64,000 nt of DNA from the NCBI GenBank assembly GCA_902611135.1, contig CACLYL010000001.1, positions 13,141 through 77,140 on the forward strand. Reading direction: 5' to 3'. Below are positions 57,733 to 64,000 of this stretch, one piece after another. Source of the DNA: an uncultured Fidelibacterota bacterium (lineage in GTDB: Bacteria; Fidelibacterota; Marinisomatia; Marinisomatales; UBA1611). Numbering within the stretch: the stretch's first letter is position 1; each line of letters opens with the position of its first letter. The notes beneath the pieces are model-generated. The model ran no database searches. It saw only the letters and a program-made list of their open reading frames with translations, and was not told the origin of the DNA. The position numbers and the translations under genes are program-made.

Positions 57733-58580
57733 TGATTAAAAACATTTCTGCAGTGTTAATTCTGTTCGGTTCTTTAATCGTATTGTCAACTGTTTTCACG
57801 GTTGATGAAACAGAACAAGTTGTTATTCTCCAATTTGGAAAACCCATAAGAACTATAAAAGACCCAGGTTTAAATTTTAAATTACCAGCCCCGATTCAAG
57901 TTTCAAGTTCTTTTGAAAATAGATTATTGCAATACGATGTTCCCCCTGAAGAGGTGTTGAGTAGAGATAAAAAATCACTAATTATTGATAATTATGTTCG
58001 ATGGAGGATAATAGATCCATTAAAATTTTTACAAACTGTTAGAGCGATTCCTACAGCAAAAACTCGTTTAGACGATATTGTGTATTCTGAACTTCGTCAA
58101 GAACTAGGCAATCATGATATGTTTGAGATAATTACTGAAAATAGAGAATTAATCATGAATAAAGTAACGCTAGCAAGTAATGAGGAAACAAGTAAGTACG
58201 GAATTGAAATTATAGATGTTAGAATCAAAAGGGTGGATTTGCCACAACAAAATGAGGCTTCAATATATGCTAGAATGGAAGCAGAGAGAAAAAGACAAGC
58301 AAATAAATATAGATCAGAGGGTGAGGAGGAGGCTCAAAAGATTCGAGCTGCAACAGACAGAGATCAAACAGTAATTATGGCTGAGGCCTACAAAACTTCA
58401 GAAGAAATTCGTGGTGAGGGAGAAGCAAAAGCGCTAGATATTTATGCTTCTAGTTTTTCAAAAGATCCAGACTTTTATGAGTTTTTAAGGACACTAGAGA
58501 CATATGAAAAAATTATTGATAAAAAAACAACACTAGTTCTACCTGGAGACTCAAAGTTATTTAAAAGATTAACTCAATGA
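57732..58580 (+). CDS. hflC: FtsH protease modulator HflC (SPFH/band-7)
   Basis: N-terminal TM and an SPFH domain (VDETEQVVILQFGKP). The start overlaps the hflK stop (TAATG) and GGAGGTGA lies upstream. Confidence 0.85.
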   Translation: MIKNISAVLILFGSLIVLSTVFTVDETEQVVILQFGKPIRTIKDPGLNFKLPAPIQVSSSFENRLLQYDVPPEEVLSRDKKSLIIDNYVRWRIIDPLKFLQTVRAIPTAKTRLDDIVYSELRQELGNHDMFEIITENRELIMNKVTLASNEETSKYGIEIIDVRIKRVDLPQQNEASIYARMEAERKRQANKYRSEGEEEAQKIRAATDRDQTVIMAEAYKTSEEIRGEGEAKALDIYASSFSKDPDFYEFLRTLETYEKIIDKKTTLVLPGDSKLFKRLTQ

Positions 58581-58625
58581 GACTACACAATTTTGAATTT
58601 TTAAGAAAAGGAAAACTCTAAATTA

Positions 58626-59162
58626 ATGAATATCAAATCAACTACAATAATAGGAATTCGTAGAGGCAGGAGTATTGCCATAGCTGGAGATGGTCAAGTA
58701 ACATTCGGAGATATGTCATTTAAACAAAAAGCTGTAAAAGTTAGGCAATTCCAAATTGGGGATAATAAAATTTTAGGAGGGTTTGCTGGCGCAGCAGCAG
58801 ATGCACTGACCCTTTTTGAGAAATTTGAGCAAAAATTAGATCAATATGAAGGTGATATAAAAAGATCGGTAGTTGAATTGGCAAAAGATTGGAGAACAGA
58901 TAAAGTCCTTAGGCACTTAGATGCTATGTTAATAGTCATGGATAAAAAAAACAGTTTTATTATTTCTGGTGATGGTAATGTAATTGAGCCTGATGGTGAG
59001 ATTGTTTCAATTGGCTCGGGTGGAGGTTATGCTCAAGCTGCAGCAATAGCATTTATTGAGTCAACAAAGTTAACAGCTAAAGAAATAGCAAAAAAATCTT
59101 TAGAAATAGCTGCAGGAATTTGTATCTATACAAATGATTCGATCACGGTTTTGGAGGGATAA
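58626..59162 (+). CDS. hslV: ATP-dependent protease subunit HslV
   Basis: TTIIGIRRGRSIAIAGDGQVTFG and GSGGGYAQAAA. The catalytic TT is preceded by MNIKS. Confidence 0.9.
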   Translation: MNIKSTTIIGIRRGRSIAIAGDGQVTFGDMSFKQKAVKVRQFQIGDNKILGGFAGAAADALTLFEKFEQKLDQYEGDIKRSVVELAKDWRTDKVLRHLDAMLIVMDKKNSFIISGDGNVIEPDGEIVSIGSGGGYAQAAAIAFIESTKLTAKEIAKKSLEIAAGICIYTNDSITVLEG

Positions 59163-60496
59163 TGGATAAAATGACTCCAAGACAAATTGTTAAGGAATTA
59201 GATCGCTATATTATTGGGCAAAACAATGCAAAAAAAGCAGTTGCAATTGCATTGAGGAACAGGTGGAGGAGACAACAAGTTGAAGGTAGTATGAAGAGTG
59301 AAATAATGCCAAATAATATAATTATGATTGGTTCAACTGGCGTAGGGAAAACAGAAATTGCTAGAAGAATAGCTTCTTTATCAAATGCACCTTTTTTAAA
59401 AGTGGAGGCGAGTAAGTTTACAGAGGTTGGTTATGTTGGAAGAGATGTAGAATCTATGATTAGAGATTTAATGGATACATCTATATCAATGGTAGAGAAA
59501 GAAAAAGAGAATGAAGTTGTTGAATTGGCAGAAAGTTTGACAAATGAGCGATTATTAGATATTCTATTCCCAAATATAAAAAGTAATAATCAGACAGAAG
59601 AGTCGAAAAGTAGGTATGATAGAACCAGGAAAAAAATGAGAAAAAAGTTAGAAGAAGGCCAATTTGAGGAAAAAATTGTTGAAATTGAAGTTTCGAATGA
59701 ACCTTCAATTGGGATGCAGGTATTTGGACCTACTGGTATGGAAGATATAGGAATGAATATAAAAGAAATGATTTCAAGCTCATTACCCAAATCAAAGAAA
59801 CCAAAAAAAATGAAATTAAAGGATGCACGTGAAGTTTTGATTGAGATCGAATCAGACAAGTTAATAGATCAAGATGAGGTAATTCGTTTAGCTAAAGAGA
59901 GAATAGAAAATAATGGGATTATATTTTTAGATGAAATTGATAAAGTTGTAGGTAATAATAGTGGCCAAGGGCCTGATGTTAGTAGGGAAGGCGTTCAAAG
60001 AGATCTTTTACCAATAGTTGAAGGAAGTAATGTCAATACTAAATATGGTACAATAAAAACTGATCATGTCTTATTTATAGCGGCTGGAGCTTTTCATGTC
60101 AGCACCCCATCTGATATGATTCCTGAATTACAAGGTAGATTCCCAATAAGAGTCGAGCTTTCAAAATTAAGTAAAGAAGATTTTGTAAAAATATTGACGC
60201 ATCCAAAATCTGCTTTAATAAAGCAATATAAAGCATTATTAAAAGCAGAGAATGTAGATCTAGAATTCAATAGAGCCTCTATTAAAACAATTGCTGAGTT
60301 GGCATACGAAGTGAATAGTAAAATGGAAAATATCGGAGCAAGAAGGCTACATACCATTATGACAACACTGTTGGAAAAACCACTGTTTGAACAGCCAAAA
60401 CGCGGAGATAAAAAAATATTAATTACTGCCAAAATTGTTCGTGATTCTTTAAAGGGAATTGTTGAAGATCAAGATTTAAGTAGATATATATTATAA
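59162..60496 (+). CDS. hslU: ATP-dependent protease ATPase subunit HslU
   Basis: TPRQIVKELDRYIIGQ, Walker A GSTGVGKTEIARR, Walker B IIFLDEIDK and the I-domain insertion. Confidence 0.95.
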   Translation: MDKMTPRQIVKELDRYIIGQNNAKKAVAIALRNRWRRQQVEGSMKSEIMPNNIIMIGSTGVGKTEIARRIASLSNAPFLKVEASKFTEVGYVGRDVESMIRDLMDTSISMVEKEKENEVVELAESLTNERLLDILFPNIKSNNQTEESKSRYDRTRKKMRKKLEEGQFEEKIVEIEVSNEPSIGMQVFGPTGMEDIGMNIKEMISSSLPKSKKPKKMKLKDAREVLIEIESDKLIDQDEVIRLAKERIENNGIIFLDEIDKVVGNNSGQGPDVSREGVQRDLLPIVEGSNVNTKYGTIKTDHVLFIAAGAFHVSTPSDMIPELQGRFPIRVELSKLSKEDFVKILTHPKSALIKQYKALLKAENVDLEFNRASIKTIAELAYEVNSKMENIGARRLHTIMTTLLEKPLFEQPKRGDKKILITAKIVRDSLKGIVEDQDLSRYIL

Positions 60497-60504
60497 GAGA
60501 AAAC

Positions 60505-61416
60505 ATGGTCAAACATTTTCTACATATTTCAGATTATTCTAGTGCTCAATTATGGGATATTTTAAATCTTTCAAAAGAATTAAAAATTAAATTTCATAAA
60601 AAAGAAACTTATCGTCCCTTTGAAAACCAATCGCTTGCTATGATTTTTGCGAAACCATCCGCTAGAACAAGGGTTTCTTTTGAAACTGGGTTTGAATGGA
60701 TGGGGGGACATGCCCTCTTTTTAGGGCCAAATGATATTGGAATAGGTAAAAGAGAGGCAATCAAAGATATATCAAGACTGTTCAGCCGATATAATGATAT
60801 GATGATGGCTAGGTTATTCGATCATGCTCATATGGTTGAACTTGCTAAATATTCAAGTATTCCAGTAATTAATGGTTTAACAGATTATAATCATCCATGT
60901 CAAATTATAGCAGATATATTAACAGTTTGGGAGCATCGTAAAACACTGGATGATTTAAAAATAGTTTACATGGGTGATGGAAATAATATAGTCCATTCTT
61001 GGCTTCAATTAGCAACAGTTTTTCCAATGATTTTTGTGTGCTGTGGACCTGAGGGTTTTGAACCAGATCAAAAAACAGTGGAGATGGTAAAAAATTCAAA
61101 CATTTCAGAGTTTGAACTTTCGCATGATCCAGAATCGGCTGTAAAAGGTGCTGATATAGTTTATACAGATGTCTGGACCTCAATGGGGCAGAAGGAAGAA
61201 GCTAAGAAAAGAGAGATAATATTTTCTGATTATCAGGTTAATAAAAATCTAATGTTGAAAACCGGAAAGAAAACTTTGTTTATGCATTGTTTACCAGCTG
61301 AAAGAGGAAGAGAAGTGACAAATGAAGTTATGGAAGCACCGTACTCAATAGTTTTTGATGAAGCCGAGAATAGAATGCATGCTCAAAATGCTATAATGGT
61401 TTATCTAACCTTATAA
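60505..61416 (+). CDS. argF: ornithine carbamoyltransferase
   Basis: Carbamoyl-phosphate motif SARTRVSFE, HPCQ, DVWTSMGQ and HCLPA. Confidence 0.85.
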   Translation: MVKHFLHISDYSSAQLWDILNLSKELKIKFHKKETYRPFENQSLAMIFAKPSARTRVSFETGFEWMGGHALFLGPNDIGIGKREAIKDISRLFSRYNDMMMARLFDHAHMVELAKYSSIPVINGLTDYNHPCQIIADILTVWEHRKTLDDLKIVYMGDGNNIVHSWLQLATVFPMIFVCCGPEGFEPDQKTVEMVKNSNISEFELSHDPESAVKGADIVYTDVWTSMGQKEEAKKREIIFSDYQVNKNLMLKTGKKTLFMHCLPAERGREVTNEVMEAPYSIVFDEAENRMHAQNAIMVYLTL

Positions 61417-62166
61417 ATCTTTGTCTGGTAAACCTTTAAAAATTTTATCTGGTATGCCTCTATTAATTTTATATTTACTGTATAAAATTTTGATATTTCC
61501 CTCGACCATATCATTAGACTGGGGCTTCATATTACTCCCTATTGCTGAAGAAATATCTTTATTCAGCCATTTGGATAGCTTTGCATCTTTGACATAATAT
61601 TTTACATTCGATTCTTTAGGAAGATAATAATCGGAATCGATTTGATCGTACAAATTGCTTATTTCCATAATTTTAAGTGTGTCTATCTTGGTTGTAACTT
61701 TAATAATTACCCACTTTTGCGTATCTATTTTTACATCAACTGTTGGAATAAAGGTTAAACGAGCATATTCATTGGGCATTTTAACTTTTAGACTATCAGT
61801 AATCAATTTTCCTGAAATAATTACATTATTCGAATCAATATTTTCATTTGTAACGATTTCTAATTCTCTTAGGTTATCAAAGTTATCTAATGGAGAAGTA
61901 AATAAACCAGTTTTCGGTAGAACACCAAATCCTCTCGTATTAAATTTTACTTTGTCTGGTTGTTTGAAAAAAACTTTGAACTTTTTTTTGGGCATTCTAA
62001 AACCAGGAACATTAATATTAATTTGCATTTCAACTTGAAAATCTAAAACTTTTTTGTATTGTTTATCAGTCTGATTAATAATCCTATTTATAAACTTGGA
62101 GTCACCTTCAGCAAATAAGGTGGTGTAAAATGCAAGCACAATGTATTTTAGGAGTGAAATCTTCAA
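61411..62166 (-). CDS. secreted protein of unknown function (possibly LolA-like fold)
   Basis: 251 aa with a signal peptide (LFAEG) and a beta-rich sequence. It is the last gene of the ABC-2 operon, overlapping the permease gene by 4 nt. The fold guess is weak. Confidence 0.35.
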   Translation of the reverse strand: MKISLLKYIVLAFYTTLFAEGDSKFINRIINQTDKQYKKVLDFQVEMQININVPGFRMPKKKFKVFFKQPDKVKFNTRGFGVLPKTGLFTSPLDNFDNLRELEIVTNENIDSNNVIISGKLITDSLKVKMPNEYARLTFIPTVDVKIDTQKWVIIKVTTKIDTLKIMEISNLYDQIDSDYYLPKESNVKYYVKDAKLSKWLNKDISSAIGSNMKPQSNDMVEGNIKILYSKYKINRGIPDKIFKGLPDKDL

Positions 62167-63014
62167 TTTAAGATATCCTTAGTTTTAAAGATATGAAATG
62201 AAATAAAAATAAAGATAGATGACCAAAAAAGATTTACAATAAATAAATTCCAAAATTCATTGACTGGTAATGGATCATGAAATGCGCTTAAAAATGTGTC
62301 AATATAGCCAGTAAACAAGAAAGGATTTATCCTTTCAAAAATAGGTATTGGGATAAATGTAACAGCCGTTCCTACAAATACTACACTTATTGTGATTATA
62401 ATGGGTGTTACACTATTTTTAGAAACAGTTGAGATAAGAAAACATAAACATGATACGGATATCATCACTAAGGTTGATAAAAGAAAAGCTAGAAAAAATC
62501 GCCAAACAATATCATCCTCAGCAAGTAGTAATAATCCATTATGAAATACTGCTAAATCGCCAATACCCAGCCATAATAAGCTTGCTAATAAAGTGTAAAA
62601 AAAGAAAAAGAACATCATAGAGATGGTATAAAAAAGAACAATAATTAATTTACTCAGAAGTACATTATTTCGGCTTATGGGTCTTGTTAGATACATTCTA
62701 AAAGTCCCTTTAGAATATTCTCCTGAAACAATTTCAGAGGCAACAATGGTGGATAAAAATGGCATATGGCTTATTAAAATAGCAACTATAATATAAGTCG
62801 CAAGAAATCCATTAATCACACTGCCATAAAATAAAAAAGAGTCTGCTAATTGACCGTAGATTTTTGTTTCAAGTGTCTTACCTCCACTATCAACAGCAAG
62901 TACAATGAATGGTATAAGAACAGTTATCAAAATAAAACTTATGTAAGTTCTTTTTTTATGCAGTGCTTTTAAACCTTCATTTATAATGAGATCTCTAATC
63001 ATAAAAATAATCAA
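62163..63014 (-). CDS. ABC-2 type transporter permease
   Basis: 283 aa with about 6 TM helices. It overlaps the ATPase gene by 20 nt. Confidence 0.7.
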   Translation of the reverse strand: MIIFMIRDLIINEGLKALHKKRTYISFILITVLIPFIVLAVDSGGKTLETKIYGQLADSFLFYGSVINGFLATYIIVAILISHMPFLSTIVASEIVSGEYSKGTFRMYLTRPISRNNVLLSKLIIVLFYTISMMFFFFFYTLLASLLWLGIGDLAVFHNGLLLLAEDDIVWRFFLAFLLSTLVMISVSCLCFLISTVSKNSVTPIIITISVVFVGTAVTFIPIPIFERINPFLFTGYIDTFLSAFHDPLPVNEFWNLFIVNLFWSSIFIFISFHIFKTKDILN

Positions 63015-63873
63015 GAAGGTTCGAATGTCTGGAAATGGAATCTAAAATTACTTTTCCATTAAAAATATTAAAAATTTTTTCAACAGTTGTAGCTCTTTTT
63101 GATGCGATTAAAATAGAGTTAGTATCTATTCTAATAACCCTTATATCACTGTGATTTTCAAATATTAACTTTGCTTTTTCAACATCATCAGTTACAATTT
63201 TGAATTTATTGTTATCCAATTGAGTCTGTTTCATATTTAGTGATTTTAATAATCTTCCATCTCTTAAAATTGAGACATCGGTACAAAGGCTCTCAACTTC
63301 GCCTAGAATATGCGTACTAATTAATATAGTTTTTCCTTCATCATTAAGAAAATTGATCAACTTATCCATATCTCTTATGCCAGGAGGGTCAAGACCATTA
63401 TTGGGCTCATCTAAAATTAAAACTTCAGGATTATGGAGAAGAGATTGAGCAATACCAAGTCTTTGTTTCATTCCATATGAAAATGTTTTCACCTTTTCAT
63501 CCATTCGGTTCTCAAGTTTGACTAATTCTAGGACTTCAAAAATCCTTTTTTTACTGGTTTTAGTTAATTTAGATAATATCGAAAGATTATCATATGCTGT
63601 TAAATATTCATAGAATGTTGGACTTTCTATCATAAACCCAAAATTTTTTAGTATGTCCGTATTCTTGTAATTTAACTCTTTACCCTTATAAAAAATTCCT
63701 CCCTTCCAAGATCTTATTAATCCGGCTAAAATTCTCATTAATGTTGACTTACCGCTTCCATTTGGACCTAAAATACCAAATATAGACTTCTCTGGAATTG
63801 AAAGAGACAAATTATTTAAAGCATGGAAGCTTTCATAATACTTCTCAAGATTTTTGATTTCTAAAATTGTCAC
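62995..63873 (-). CDS. ABC transporter ATP-binding protein (ABC-2/DrrA-like)
   Basis: Walker A GPNGSGKST, signature FSYGMKQR and Walker B LILDEPNNGLDP. GTG start at 63873. Confidence 0.9.
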   Translation of the reverse strand: MTILEIKNLEKYYESFHALNNLSLSIPEKSIFGILGPNGSGKSTLMRILAGLIRSWKGGIFYKGKELNYKNTDILKNFGFMIESPTFYEYLTAYDNLSILSKLTKTSKKRIFEVLELVKLENRMDEKVKTFSYGMKQRLGIAQSLLHNPEVLILDEPNNGLDPPGIRDMDKLINFLNDEGKTILISTHILGEVESLCTDVSILRDGRLLKSLNMKQTQLDNNKFKIVTDDVEKAKLIFENHSDIRVIRIDTNSILIASKRATTVEKIFNIFNGKVILDSISRHSNLLDYFYD

Positions 63874-64000
63874 TATTTGAGATCCATTAATTCTAAAACC
63901 CCATATCCATCAAAAGTGTTTCCTAAAGAATCTTTAATGCTTAAACCACTTTGAAAACGAGTGTAATGTGGATCAATATTGAATGTATTCATAATTTTAC
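63873..64000 (-). CDS. 3' end of an unidentified upstream CDS (open to window edge), or a 39-aa ORF from ATG 63992
   Basis: Minus-strand frame ...KIMNTFNIDPHYTRFQSGLSIKDSLGNTFDGYGVLELMDLK ends at TAG 63873-63875. That stop overlaps the GTG start of the ABC ATPase by 1 nt (TAGTG). There is no in-frame stop before the window edge. Confidence 0.3.
   Translation of the reverse strand, partial: KIMNTFNIDPHYTRFQSGLSIKDSLGNTFDGYGVLELMDLK

Noticed and set aside
63018-63026. tRNA T-loop-like GGTTCGAAT
   Set aside because: The flanking bases cannot form a T-stem (AAGG against GTCT), and no acceptor or anticodon arms are evident. It lies inside the overlap of two ABC transporter CDS.
63873-63992. 39-aa ORF upstream of the ABC-2 transporter as a RiPP or bacteriocin precursor peptide
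   Set aside because: The frame has no stop between the ATG and the window edge, so it may be the C-terminus of a larger protein. No leader or core features (a double-Gly site, Cys/Ser/Thr-rich core) are evident.
1-64000. Mobile elements, prophage, CRISPR arrays, defence islands, rRNA/tRNA genes
   Set aside because: No direct-repeat/spacer periodicity was seen. No integrase, transposase, recombinase or phage structural motifs appear in any listed ORF. No tRNA-like cloverleaf candidates were found, and no long exact repeats were noticed by eye. A computational repeat search was not possible here.

Overview
This is an AT-rich (about 30% GC by eye), very gene-dense chromosomal segment of a Gram-negative bacterium. 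It has about 55 CDS, and many junctions overlap by 1-17 nt. Three convergent gene pairs overlap at their stop codons.

Gene content looks FCB-superphylum-like: a Bacteroidota-type GlmM N-terminus, and proteins resembling DUF4835/PorD, DUF4159, DUF2723 and DUF4139. However, clear Shine-Dalgarno motifs are used (GGAGG before rpsU and hflC, AGGAG before hflK). An uncultivated marine FCB lineage such as Marinimicrobia is only a low-confidence guess.

Most of the window is housekeeping:
- translation and RNA: ybeY, mazG, metG, valS, rsmA, rpsU, rlmD, cca
- replication and repair: holB, recG
- cell envelope and LPS: glmM, kdsB-pyrG-kdsA-kdsC-lptC-lptB, then rpoN
- proteolysis and metabolism: hflKC, hslVU, argF
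- a TolC/MacA/MacB-type efflux operon

I found no rRNA, tRNA, CRISPR array, transposase, integrase or recognisable defence genes.

Observations worth a second look:
1. A translationally coupled envelope operon of unknown function at 5054-12208. It encodes a DUF4159-like protein, a 1134-aa TM plus coiled-coil giant, a TPR protein and an exported GATase1-like protein. Its fifth gene, FkbH-like, is decayed.
2. Three loci carry in-frame nonsense codons inside otherwise coding-like frames: the FkbH-like gene, an unidentified 240-codon frame at 18081-18800, and deoC. Together that is 8 premature stops (5 TAA, 3 TAG, no TGA).
3. A six-gene export locus at 24158-31470 combines an MMPL/RND pump, an outer-membrane barrel, a MacB/LolCDE-type ABC transporter and a LolA-like protein.
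4. A DUF2723 GT-C glycosyltransferase sits next to a membrane-anchored GT2 at 38152-42164.

All family assignments come from motif recognition by eye. No database search was run.
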